64,000 nt of DNA from the NCBI GenBank assembly GCA_964463925.1, contig CAYXDV010000004.1, positions 13,080-77,079 of the forward strand, read 5' to 3'. A program made the translations under genes and the position numbers. Positions 1 through 9,417 of this stretch are shown one piece after another; the first letter of the stretch is position 1; each line of letters begins with the position of its first letter. Below the pieces are notes generated by a model, which made no database searches, had not been told where the DNA came from, and worked only from the letters and a program-made list of their open reading frames with translations. The DNA is from an uncultured Gammaproteobacteria bacterium (GTDB lineage: Bacteria; Patescibacteriota; Microgenomatia; UBA12405).

Positions 1-1
1 T

Positions 2-127
<126 letters not shown>

Positions 128-158
128 GGTTTTGGGCTTAAAGGTGTAAAATCAGCTT

Positions 159-560
159 ATGACAATTCTCTACAAATATATTCGTTACTTTGCAATTTTC
201 GGCCTATTTTTGGCTAGTTATCTACTTTATCTATATGCTTTTCATCCACCAAATTCCATTTGCTATGTTAACGCCAAAATAAATTGCAACCTGGTTACGA
301 CTGGTGCCTTGGCCACACTTTTTGGGCTGCCAGTTGGTTTATATGGTTTCCTGGGATTTAGCTTTATGCTCTTAGGAAGTTTTCTCAAACTTCCAAAACT
401 TATTTTAGGAATGGCTATTTTTGGATTTCTTTTTTGTGCCAGAATGCTTTATTACGAGATATTTATATATTCAGCCTATTGTCCTGTTTGCTTACTTTGT
501 ATGTTTACTATGATAAGCGAAATATTTTTATCTTGGCGCCTCTTTACCAATCGTTACTAA
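159..560 (+). CDS. Small polytopic membrane protein, VKOR-like thiol oxidoreductase (loop Cys pair plus CxxC at a TM start)
   Basis: 133 aa, about 4 hydrophobic helices; loop cysteines in CYVNAKINC and CPVC at the start of the last helix, as in the vitamin K epoxide reductase family. Confidence 0.4.
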   Translation: MTILYKYIRYFAIFGLFLASYLLYLYAFHPPNSICYVNAKINCNLVTTGALATLFGLPVGLYGFLGFSFMLLGSFLKLPKLILGMAIFGFLFCARMLYYEIFIYSAYCPVCLLCMFTMISEIFLSWRLFTNRY

Positions 561-579
561 TTTGAGTTAAAATATCTCC

Positions 580-1845
580 ATGATTGATCTTAATTTGGTT
601 CGAACTCAACCCGAATTAGTAGCCAAGGCTTTGGCCTCCCGAAGTCTCGACACTTCACTTCTGGAAAAAGTAAAAGAAATTGACACAAATCGTAAAAATA
701 TTTTACTTCAAGTCGAAGAAAAACGAGCCGCACAAAATAAAATCAGCAGAGATATCAAAGGAAAGCCACTGCCAGAACAGATTCAACAAGCCAGTGAAAT
801 CAAAGAAGTGTTAAAACAGCTGGAATCGCAGCTAAAATTTGTAGATGAAGAATTAAAAGAAGCACTCGAAGGCATTCCCAATTTACCCGCAACAGATGTA
901 CCTGTGGGTCGCGATGATTCTGCAAATGTAGTAATCAAAACCGTTGGTACTCCAAGAGATTTTGGATTCAAACCAAAAGATCATGTAGAGTTGGGGAAAA
1001 TTTGCGATATCATTGATATCGACAAATCTGCCCAAATATCTGGTAGTCGTTTTGGTTTTTACAAAAATGAAGCAGCAATTTTAGAAATGACAGTTATGTG
1101 GTATGTTTTTACTAAACTTGCCAAAAAAGGTTTTCATGCCATGATCCCGCCATACATGATTAAGCACGACACTGAATGGAGGATGGGGTACGTAAGTAAC
1201 AAAAATTTAGCTGGTACCTATTACTACATGCCAGAAGATGATCTTAAATTTATAAGTAGTAGTGAACACAGCGTGGGTCCGTATCATATGGAAGAAATTT
1301 TGGCCCTAAAAGATTTACCTCTAAAATACGTAAATTTTTCACCCTGTTTTCGCCGAGAAGCAGGCACCTATGGTAAAGATATGAAAGGAATGCTTCGACT
1401 CCATTGTTTTAATAAAGTAGAGATGATAGTTTTTTGTCCACCTGATTTTGCCATCTCCGATGCTATGTGTCTTGAAATGCTTTCAAACGAAGAAGAAATG
1501 CTTCAAGATTTCAAACTACCATATCAAGTACTTCAAGTTTGCACTGGAGACATGCCCTTTCCAAATCGACGTCAATATGACATAAATACTTATTTTCCCG
1601 GACAAGGAGCCTATCGTGAAACCAGTTCTTGTAGTAATTGTAGTGATTATCAAACTAGGAGATTAAACACCAGAGTCAAAACTAGCATGGGCTTAGAATT
1701 TGTACATTTACTAAACGCAACTGGTATCACCGACCGTGTAGTTTTAGCTATTTTAGAAAATAATCAGCAAAAAGATGGTTCCATACTTATGCCAAAAGTT
1801 CTGCAACCTCTGCTCGGTTTTGATATCATAAAACCCAAGCTATGA
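580..1845 (+). CDS. serS: Seryl-tRNA synthetase
   Basis: N-terminus MIDLNLVRTQPELV, N-terminal coiled-coil arm, class II motif 2 FRREAG, length 421 aa; stop overlaps the secA start (ATGA). Confidence 0.9.
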   Translation: MIDLNLVRTQPELVAKALASRSLDTSLLEKVKEIDTNRKNILLQVEEKRAAQNKISRDIKGKPLPEQIQQASEIKEVLKQLESQLKFVDEELKEALEGIPNLPATDVPVGRDDSANVVIKTVGTPRDFGFKPKDHVELGKICDIIDIDKSAQISGSRFGFYKNEAAILEMTVMWYVFTKLAKKGFHAMIPPYMIKHDTEWRMGYVSNKNLAGTYYYMPEDDLKFISSSEHSVGPYHMEEILALKDLPLKYVNFSPCFRREAGTYGKDMKGMLRLHCFNKVEMIVFCPPDFAISDAMCLEMLSNEEEMLQDFKLPYQVLQVCTGDMPFPNRRQYDINTYFPGQGAYRETSSCSNCSDYQTRRLNTRVKTSMGLEFVHLLNATGITDRVVLAILENNQQKDGSILMPKVLQPLLGFDIIKPKL

Positions 1846-4526
1846 TTGCCTTTCTAAACCAATTTGTTGACCCAACCGCCAGACGGTTATCAGCCTCCAA
1901 TAAAATAGTTTCTAAAATTAATCAGCTAGAGACTCAAATAAAATCATTATCTGACAATGATTTGTACAAAAAAACAACCTATTTCAAAGATCAGTTATCT
2001 AAAGGCAAAACTCTAGATGATATTCTTCCAGAGGCTTTTGCTGTAGTTCGTGAGTCTATCTTTAGAACTCTTGGTGAGCGTGCATACGATGTCCAGCTTT
2101 TGGCGGCCATCACTTTACACCAAGGCGACATTGCCGAACAAAAAACAGGAGAAGGAAAAACACATTCGGTAATCTTTGCAGCCTATTTAAATGCCCTGCT
2201 CGGTCGCGGTGTCCACATTGTTACTCCAAATGATTACTTGAGTCAGGTTGGAGCTGGCTGGTATCCACGCGCCCTTCATAAATTGGGCCTAAAAACTGGT
2301 TGCATTATTCATGAAAAATCATTTGTTTTTGATCCAGACTATGAGGCGGAAGGTGAATCTTTTGATTTGCGACTCTCTCATTTGCATCCCATCTCACGTC
2401 AAGAGGCATACTCGTGTGATTTGACTTACGGCACCAATAACGAATTCGGCTTTGATTATTTACGAGATCATATGGTTAATGATAGTAATCAATTGGTCCA
2501 AAAAGATCATTATTTTGCTATCGTTGACGAGGTCGATTTCGTTCTAATTGATGAAGCTCGTACTCCATTAATTATCAGCTCTCCCGATAATCGTCCAATT
2601 GGCAAATACGAAGACTATGCAGCTCTGGTTGAGCAGTTACAGCCAACGGACTATTCTATTGACGAGAAAACTAGATCGGCAAATTTGTCTGAATACGGTA
2701 TTCGAAAAATAGAAAGACTATTGAAAATCGGGAATCTGTATGAAGAATCATTCGAGACAATTCACTATATTGAAAACGCAATCAAAGCCAAGGCTCTGTT
2801 TAAAAAAGACAAAGATTACGTAGTTAAAGATGGTCAAATAATTATTGTTGATGAATTTACAGGACGCCTTATGAATGGTAGGCGCTGGTCAGATGGCTTA
2901 CATCAGGCTGTTGAGGCAAAAGAAGGAGTTGTTATACAGCAAGAATCACGCACTTGGGCAACTATCACCTTTCAGAATTATTTCCGCTTATATGAAAAAT
3001 TAGCTGGAATGACAGGGACTGCCGCTACTGAGTCTGAAGAATTTCGTAAAATCTACGATCTAGAAGTTGTTCCCATACCTACTCATAGGCCAACAAAACG
3101 CAAAGATACTAACGATTTGATTTTTAAAACTCAACGTGCCAAATATGCGGCTATTGCTAACGAGGTGGAAAAATTGCATGCCACTGGCCAACCAGTTTTG
3201 ATTGGAACCACTTCAGTAGAGAAAAATCAAATAGTTTCATCTCTATTGGCAAAGAAAAAAATTTCTCACCAGGTTTTGAATGCAAAAAATCATATGGCCG
3301 AAGCCGAGATAATTAGCAAAGCTGGTACTAAAGGGACGGTAACCGTAGCCACTAATATGGCCGGAAGGGGAGTTGATATCATCCTTGGTGGCCCGCGTCC
3401 CGAAGACAAAGAGAACAAAAAAATCCAAGAAGATTGGCAAAAAAAACATGATGATGTTGTCAATCTTGGTGGTTTATGTGTAATAGGAACCGAACGTCAT
3501 GAATCGCGTCGTATTGACAATCAGTTGCGAGGACGCGCAGGTCGTCAGGGAGACCCTGGATATTCACAATTTTACGTAGCACTTGACGATGATCTTATGA
3601 GAATTTTTGGAGGCGAAAAAATTGCCGGGGTGATGACTCGCATGAATATGCCTGAAGACGAAGCTATTTCTCACCCCATGGTCAGCAAGATTTTAGAACA
3701 AACCCAAATAAAAGTTGAGGGTTTCCATTTTGATACTAGAAAAAACGTCGTTGAATACGACGATGTGGTCAATAAACAACGTCAAATTATCTATCAAATA
3801 CGGGATAGTGTAGTCAAAACCACCATTAAAAATCCGACAGAAGTAACTCAACAAATTTTTAAATATTTACAAAAACAGCTTGATTTTATTTTTACTTCAA
3901 ATACAGATACTGCTAGTGGTTCTATAGACTTTTCTAAAGTAATTCCAGAATTTGCTGAAATTCTACCTCTTGACGATGCTAATCGTGGTCAGCTAACCAA
4001 GAAAGTAGAGTCAGAACTCGATCCCAAAACATACATGATGGGATTACTACAGAATGCCCTTCAGGAAAGAGAGAAAATATTCGGCCCTGAATTAAACTTA
4101 GAAATGGGACGTTATTGCATACTGTCTACTCTTGATCCATTGTGGGTTGATCACCTGACTGCCCTAGATGATCTGCGAAATGGCGTTCGTCTGCGCGGCT
4201 ATGCCCAAAAAGACCCCTTGGTTGAATACCGTAAAGAAGGTTTTGAAATGTTTCAAGCTCTGATGCATCAATTTGAATACAACGTTTGTCGAAAAATATT
4301 CCGCCTTCAACCAGTGCCTGCAAATCAAGTCCAGTCAAATGTTTCTCTTTCAGAGGGTAGGAGGGAAGAGCCAAACCCTGCCTCCAGCAGTCAAGATCTG
4401 CCGGTCTTACCAAAACAGGAGCAAGCCAAAACAGCTCATCCCAATCTTGGACGCAATGATGTTTGTTGGTGTGGATCTGGCAAAAAATACAAAAAATGCC
4501 ACCTAAACAGTGATGCTAACTCATAA
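1842..4526 (+). CDS. secA: Preprotein translocase ATPase SecA
   Basis: 894 aa; Walker A GEGKTHS, DEAD-like DEVDFVLIDEARTPLIIS, C-terminal zinc-binding tail CWCGSGKKYKKCH. Confidence 0.95.
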   Translation: MIAFLNQFVDPTARRLSASNKIVSKINQLETQIKSLSDNDLYKKTTYFKDQLSKGKTLDDILPEAFAVVRESIFRTLGERAYDVQLLAAITLHQGDIAEQKTGEGKTHSVIFAAYLNALLGRGVHIVTPNDYLSQVGAGWYPRALHKLGLKTGCIIHEKSFVFDPDYEAEGESFDLRLSHLHPISRQEAYSCDLTYGTNNEFGFDYLRDHMVNDSNQLVQKDHYFAIVDEVDFVLIDEARTPLIISSPDNRPIGKYEDYAALVEQLQPTDYSIDEKTRSANLSEYGIRKIERLLKIGNLYEESFETIHYIENAIKAKALFKKDKDYVVKDGQIIIVDEFTGRLMNGRRWSDGLHQAVEAKEGVVIQQESRTWATITFQNYFRLYEKLAGMTGTAATESEEFRKIYDLEVVPIPTHRPTKRKDTNDLIFKTQRAKYAAIANEVEKLHATGQPVLIGTTSVEKNQIVSSLLAKKKISHQVLNAKNHMAEAEIISKAGTKGTVTVATNMAGRGVDIILGGPRPEDKENKKIQEDWQKKHDDVVNLGGLCVIGTERHESRRIDNQLRGRAGRQGDPGYSQFYVALDDDLMRIFGGEKIAGVMTRMNMPEDEAISHPMVSKILEQTQIKVEGFHFDTRKNVVEYDDVVNKQRQIIYQIRDSVVKTTIKNPTEVTQQIFKYLQKQLDFIFTSNTDTASGSIDFSKVIPEFAEILPLDDANRGQLTKKVESELDPKTYMMGLLQNALQEREKIFGPELNLEMGRYCILSTLDPLWVDHLTALDDLRNGVRLRGYAQKDPLVEYRKEGFEMFQALMHQFEYNVCRKIFRLQPVPANQVQSNVSLSEGRREEPNPASSSQDLPVLPKQEQAKTAHPNLGRNDVCWCGSGKKYKKCHLNSDANS

Positions 4527-5118
4527 TAACGAAAATATTAAAGGATGTGTAGAAATATTTGGTACAATTCTGTTTGTTATGATTTTCATTCCTCTTAACA
4601 AATTTATTGTTAGTCACTTTTTTCCCTATAATAGTAAAAAAAATAATGACCCTGTCTCAAGTAAAACAAACCAGTATAACAAAAAAGGTAAGATCTTCTC
4701 CTTTGTAGCATTAAGATATTATGCAATCATATTAAATAGAACTTTTCGCATATTTGTTACAGATAAATATATTTTGGGTGCAAAGGTAGGAAATTTACTA
4801 GCTTCTCCGGGAGGAATTTTAGAAAACATAGAATCAGAGTGGCAAGATAAGGAGTTCTATGTAAACCATCAGCTTGATAACAAATATTCTAAAATTAATT
4901 CAGAATCACCTAAATTTTTAGCCAGTGACAGAGCCAATTTTAGAATATTAAAGTCAGATATTAAGGATGTGAAGTATTTTCCAACGAAATGGGGAATGGG
5001 AAATGTACCTTATTCAGGGCGGATAATAATTACAACAAAAAATCAAAAAAATATTGAATTGATTCTGCTGGGAAGCCAAAACTATAAAAGTATATTAAAG
5101 ATATTATCTGAGAATTAA
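4510..5118 (+). CDS. Hypothetical protein with an N-terminal TM helix (AT-rich, Lys/Asn-rich ORF)
   Basis: ORF only; hydrophobic segment VEIFGTILFVMIFIPL; no recognisable motifs; true start uncertain. Confidence 0.3.
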   Translation: MMLTHNNENIKGCVEIFGTILFVMIFIPLNKFIVSHFFPYNSKKNNDPVSSKTNQYNKKGKIFSFVALRYYAIILNRTFRIFVTDKYILGAKVGNLLASPGGILENIESEWQDKEFYVNHQLDNKYSKINSESPKFLASDRANFRILKSDIKDVKYFPTKWGMGNVPYSGRIIITTKNQKNIELILLGSQNYKSILKILSEN

Positions 5119-5166
5119 TTTACATAATTCCTCTATTTAGTAAGTGAGTTAAAATATAATTAACCA

Positions 5167-5553
5167 ATGTCTACAATTTTTGAGCAAATTATTTCAGGAC
5201 AAATTCCTTGCTACAAAGTTACAGAAAATGCCGACTTTTTCGCTTTTTTAGACATACACCCTCGTTCACCTGGCCATACTTTGGTAATTCCCAAAAACTC
5301 CTACCGCTGGGTTTGGGATGTGCCTAATTTTGGTGATTATTTGGAATTTTGCAAAAAAATCTCAATTGCTATCCAGTTGGCTTTAAAACCAGACTTAGTT
5401 TCGCTTTATACTTACGGTACCGATGTCCCGCATGCACACGTTCATCTGATACCAAAGTATTCTAGCGATACCGAACATACCCAAAAAGACATTTTCCTTT
5501 CATCCAAAGAATTTCAGCAAATTGCAAGTAGTATTTCAAAAATGCTAAAGTAA
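5167..5553 (+). CDS. HIT-family (histidine triad) nucleotide hydrolase, HinT-like
   Basis: HIT motif HAHVHLIP; N-terminus IISGQIPCYKVTENADFFAFLDIHPRSPGHTLVIPK is typical of HinT. Confidence 0.85.
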   Translation: MSTIFEQIISGQIPCYKVTENADFFAFLDIHPRSPGHTLVIPKNSYRWVWDVPNFGDYLEFCKKISIAIQLALKPDLVSLYTYGTDVPHAHVHLIPKYSSDTEHTQKDIFLSSKEFQQIASSISKMLK

Positions 5554-5556
5554 CTT

Positions 5557-5850
5557 ATGGATCCCGCTGAACAGCAACTACTACAAGATATTTTGCAAGA
5601 GCTGAAAAAAATAAATAATACAAAAAATAGCTACACCAGAAGTTTTTTAACAGGAATTTTACAAGCACTAGGATCTTTTTTGGGAACAGCAGTTTTTGCG
5701 GTAGCTATGGTTTATATCTTTAGTCAATTCAGTTCATATCTCATAAAACCAACAAGCCATTTTATAGAAAATGTTTTTAAACAGGTCAATTGGAGTCTTA
5801 TAGTTCCTGCCCCAAAACTTGATTTAAAAAATATTGACCTGCAATTCTAA
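5557..5850 (+). CDS. Small membrane protein, unknown function
   Basis: 97 aa ORF with one or two TM helices; its 3' end overlaps convergent nadK by 4 nt. Confidence 0.4.
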   Translation: MDPAEQQLLQDILQELKKINNTKNSYTRSFLTGILQALGSFLGTAVFAVAMVYIFSQFSSYLIKPTSHFIENVFKQVNWSLIVPAPKLDLKNIDLQF

Positions 5851-6533
5851 TTTTTTGGAGCCAAAATAATTGCTTTTTGTTCGGACTTTTTAATCTCAAT
5901 CTCTTCATTTTCTAAAAGTTCTATGATTTTTGGTTCGTTATCCCAGGCAAGCACTGCTGGCCCACGTAGCAATTTAAGAACAATTTTTGAATCCTCCTGC
6001 AAAACAAGTTCTTTTTTTGAGCTATTGTGTATATTATTTAAAGCCACCCCGATTCCAATTTTAAAAGACAATCGGGTTATAGAATAAAAATAACCTGTCG
6101 AACCAAAAGGGGATGAGCACACAAGTCCGTCACCTATAAAAACCTTTTCTCCGAAACAGTCAATTTGAAATCTTATGGCAGAATTTGGTCTTGCGTGAGC
6201 AATTACTATGTCATTAAAGGCCAATATTTTCTTATCTTTATATCTCGCTTCTAATTTAAGCATTTCCCTTGACATAAGCTTTTTACTGCTAAGCAATTCC
6301 AAAAGCTCTTCGTTGCTGTTGATGTAACAAAGGTGACAATTTTCACTATTTTTTAGCGGAAGCTTTGGAATTCCAGGATAGACAGCTTCCGACCCTATCA
6401 AAGTTCCATCACCTCCAAAAGTAACTACTACATCCGGATTTGTTTTAACTATTTCCAAGCCTTTGTATTTCGACACCAGATCAGCTAGATCCATTGGCAC
6501 TGTTCCGTTTCGACCATATAGTAGAACTTTCAT
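5847..6533 (-). CDS. nadK: NAD(+) kinase
   Basis: GGDGT motif (VVVTFGGDGTLIG); NDIVI; C-terminal GDGLVCSSPFGSTGY substrate-binding region. Confidence 0.85.
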   Translation of the reverse strand: MKVLLYGRNGTVPMDLADLVSKYKGLEIVKTNPDVVVTFGGDGTLIGSEAVYPGIPKLPLKNSENCHLCYINSNEELLELLSSKKLMSREMLKLEARYKDKKILAFNDIVIAHARPNSAIRFQIDCFGEKVFIGDGLVCSSPFGSTGYFYSITRLSFKIGIGVALNNIHNSSKKELVLQEDSKIVLKLLRGPAVLAWDNEPKIIELLENEEIEIKKSEQKAIILAPKN

Positions 6534-6563
6534 CTTACAATCATAACACTACATTCAAGATAG

Positions 6564-8414
6564 TTATCTCCTAGCCTTATCTCTTTCTACTTTTGTCAGC
6601 ATCTTTTTTCTAAGTCTGACATTTTTGGTAGTTACATCAACCAGTTCATCATTCTCAATAAAATCCAAAGCTTCTTCGATTGAATATTTTACCGCGGGAG
6701 GCAGAATAATATTGTCATCATTTCCAGCAGATCGCATATTAGTAAGCTGTTTACCTTTGCATATGTTCATTTCCAAATCTCCTTCTACCGGTCTTACACC
6801 AACCACTTGCCCTTCATATACTTCTTCGTTTGGATTAATAAACAAAATTCCTCTAGCCGTGGCTATATCCAAACCATAAGACAATGCTTTTCCGGTTTCT
6901 GAGGCAATAATTACTCCTGGTCTATTATTACCAGTCTCCTCAACTTTTGGCTCGAATCCCAAAAACAAATAATTTAGAGAAACCATTCCTCGGGTTTGAG
7001 TCATCAATACTGATCGCAAACCTAGCGCATTCCTTTCGCTAATTTTATATACCATTTTGGCATTACCATTTTCACTTATCATGTCAAGCATTTTGGCCTT
7101 TCGCTTTCCGAGTTCAGCGGTTATTACTCCAACATATTCATCTCCAGTAAGTACAGTAAGCTCATTAAACGGTTCGCATACTTGCCCATTAATGGTCTTT
7201 AAAATTACTTCAGGCTTCCCAACCTCCATTGCGTAGCCCTCACGCCTTAGATTTTCAATAAGAATTGCTAAATGTAATTCTCCGCGACCAGACACTATTG
7301 TACGAATACTATCTTCTGGATCTTCAGCCACACGAAGCCCCAAATCAGTTTCAGCAGCTTCATATAATCTGCTTTTTAGCTCTCTGCTAGTCAAAAATTG
7401 TGCTTCTTCCTTTGCAAATTTACCAGTATTTGGACCAAAACTAGCTTTCAATGTTGGTTCAGTTATAAAAATTGTTGGCAAAGCTGTGGTTACTTGGCTA
7501 CTACACACCGTCTGTCCAATTTTCATTTCGCCAACACCAGCAACATACACCACTTCTCCACTACTTGCTTCTTCACACTCAATTTTGTTGATACCTTCGT
7601 TAATATACATCCGCTCAACTCTAAATTGTCCAACTTTTTTACTTTCAGAATCAAGCAAAACTACCGAATCGTTTTTTTTAAGACTGCCGCTATATATTCG
7701 ACCAACGGCCAATTTACCCAAATATGGATTTTTTTCAAAAGCAGAAACCAACATACTAAAAGGCTTATCAGTGTTTTTAGCCGAACTTGGTACTGTTTTT
7801 AGTATTGCCTCAAAAAGAGGAGTGGTGTCGCCTGGCTGAGAAAAATCATCAACCAATGTATTCCAGGTTTTACCATCTCGACCAATGGCATAAACTACGG
7901 GAAAGTTTAATACATCATCATTGGTAGCCAATGACAAAAAAAGTTCCTCACAATCAGCTAAAACTCTTTGTGCCTGGGCATCTTTCCTATCAATTTTGTT
8001 TATGACTAGTATGATTTTGAGCCCAGCATCAAGTGCCTTTTTGAGCACAAATTTAGTTTGTGACAACGGACCCTCAGCTGCATCAACTATTAGCAAGGCA
8101 CCATCAGCCATATTCAAAACTCTTTCTACTTCTCCTCCAAAATCAGCATGTCCCGGAGTGTCAATAATATTAATCTTTACATCTCCAAAAAAGACAGAAG
8201 TATTTTTTGACAAAATAGTTATCCCTTTTTCACGCTCCAAATCATTACTATCCATGATTCTATCTTTACTCATTTCCGCTTGATTATCGCGAAAACTATG
8301 AGTTTGTTTTAGCATTGCATCGACTAGGGTAGTTTTCCCATGATCAACATGAGCGATTACTGCTACATTTCGAATGTCCGAATATTTGCGCATAAGCTTT
8401 CCATTATACAACAA
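6564..8414 (-). CDS. typA: Translational GTPase TypA/BipA
   Basis: N-terminus IRNVAVIAHVDHGKTTLVDAML, G-domain motifs DTPGHADF and NKID, 616 aa EF-G-like architecture. Confidence 0.95.
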   Translation of the reverse strand: MLYNGKLMRKYSDIRNVAVIAHVDHGKTTLVDAMLKQTHSFRDNQAEMSKDRIMDSNDLEREKGITILSKNTSVFFGDVKINIIDTPGHADFGGEVERVLNMADGALLIVDAAEGPLSQTKFVLKKALDAGLKIILVINKIDRKDAQAQRVLADCEELFLSLATNDDVLNFPVVYAIGRDGKTWNTLVDDFSQPGDTTPLFEAILKTVPSSAKNTDKPFSMLVSAFEKNPYLGKLAVGRIYSGSLKKNDSVVLLDSESKKVGQFRVERMYINEGINKIECEEASSGEVVYVAGVGEMKIGQTVCSSQVTTALPTIFITEPTLKASFGPNTGKFAKEEAQFLTSRELKSRLYEAAETDLGLRVAEDPEDSIRTIVSGRGELHLAILIENLRREGYAMEVGKPEVILKTINGQVCEPFNELTVLTGDEYVGVITAELGKRKAKMLDMISENGNAKMVYKISERNALGLRSVLMTQTRGMVSLNYLFLGFEPKVEETGNNRPGVIIASETGKALSYGLDIATARGILFINPNEEVYEGQVVGVRPVEGDLEMNICKGKQLTNMRSAGNDDNIILPPAVKYSIEEALDFIENDELVDVTTKNVRLRKKMLTKVERDKARR

Positions 8415-8438
8415 AATACAAGTTCCCCATATATCTAG

Positions 8439-8813
8439 TTAAGAATATATTTTATTTCTTGGCCCGTTGTATTCAACAAATTTCCCAGAACCATCATAAA
8501 TAAAAACACCAGATTTTAATTTTGGCCAGTTCGGATTATATACATCACTCTTTTGAGTTTTTTGTGATAAGTTATTAAGCTGACGAGTTATCCCATCACC
8601 TGGCTTTGCACCAGATGTGAGTGCCGCCCTCTGTCGTCTAAATTCTTCTCGGCGTATTATTTCATCATCTGTCATAGGATTGAAACTACGCGAATTTCGG
8701 CGTTCCCACCTTTTTCTCTCTCGTTTATTTCCCATTGCCAATTGTAAAATACTTTTTTTAAAAAACAATCTACTTATATCAAAAATGTTAAAATAAACCA
8801 ATGTTGTTTCCAT
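8439..8813 (-). CDS. Hypothetical basic protein upstream of typA (probable true start about 8735, MGNKRERKRW...)
   Basis: ORF only; Arg/Lys-rich N-terminus; no recognisable motifs; the longest ORF would overlap the divergent gene start. Confidence 0.3.
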   Translation of the reverse strand: METTLVYFNIFDISRLFFKKSILQLAMGNKRERKRWERRNSRSFNPMTDDEIIRREEFRRQRAALTSGAKPGDGITRQLNNLSQKTQKSDVYNPNWPKLKSGVFIYDGSGKFVEYNGPRNKIYS

Positions 8814-9409
8814 TAATTCTCCCTTTCACTCTACCTTCAAACACCATTCAAACAGCTTTTGTCGAACAAGCTCCTGAACGTAATTGGGATCAGCCGTGGC
8901 AAGATGCTTGCGAAGAAGCAGGTTTACTCACTGCCATTTACTACAAACAAAACCAAAAACCAAACACCAAAAAAATTGTTGCCGACCTAAAAGATATTTT
9001 TACTTACGAAACCAATCAGAGGTGGGGTCACGACATTCCATTATCTAAATTAAGTCAAATTGCTCAAAAAAAATTTGGTTATAAAACAAAAATTATCGAA
9101 AATCCGACACTTGAGGATCTGAAATCTCAAATTGATCAAAAACGGCCAATTATTGTTCCAGCAAACGGCAAAACTTTATATAAAGAAAATAAAAACTTTA
9201 ACTCTGGCGGACCTTATTATCATAATATTGTAATATTGGGCTATGATAAGGCAAAAAAACAGTTTATAGTTCACGATGTTGGTACCAAAAAAGGTGCCTT
9301 TTTTAGATACTCTTTTGATTTACTTCTTTCTGCCATTCATGATCTGCCCACTACTGACAAAAAGGAAGATATCCAAACTGGTGCCAAAAGGGTCATGGTA
9401 TTGCTATAA
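8801..9409 (+). CDS. Peptidase C39-like (papain-fold) domain protein
   Basis: NWDQPWQDACEEAGLLTAIYY (Q...C...A..YY like the Peptidase_C39_2 catalytic Cys region) and RPIIVPA...YHNIVILGYD...FIVHDVG (His region). Confidence 0.45.
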   Translation: MLFPLILPFTLPSNTIQTAFVEQAPERNWDQPWQDACEEAGLLTAIYYKQNQKPNTKKIVADLKDIFTYETNQRWGHDIPLSKLSQIAQKKFGYKTKIIENPTLEDLKSQIDQKRPIIVPANGKTLYKENKNFNSGGPYYHNIVILGYDKAKKQFIVHDVGTKKGAFFRYSFDLLLSAIHDLPTTDKKEDIQTGAKRVMVLL

Positions 9410-9417
9410 TTGTAAAT

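Noticed and set aside
783-4506. Short antisense or alternative-frame ORFs inside serS and secA (783-971, 3243-3449, 4126-4413, 4273-4506)
   Set aside because: They are embedded in conserved housekeeping genes and show no independent coding signal.
7398-8283. Plus-strand ORFs (134, 117 and 120 aa) inside the typA coding region
   Set aside because: They lie antisense to a well-supported, highly conserved GTPase gene. Their amino-acid composition is low-complexity (Ser/Thr/Phe-rich), which is typical of antisense shadow ORFs.
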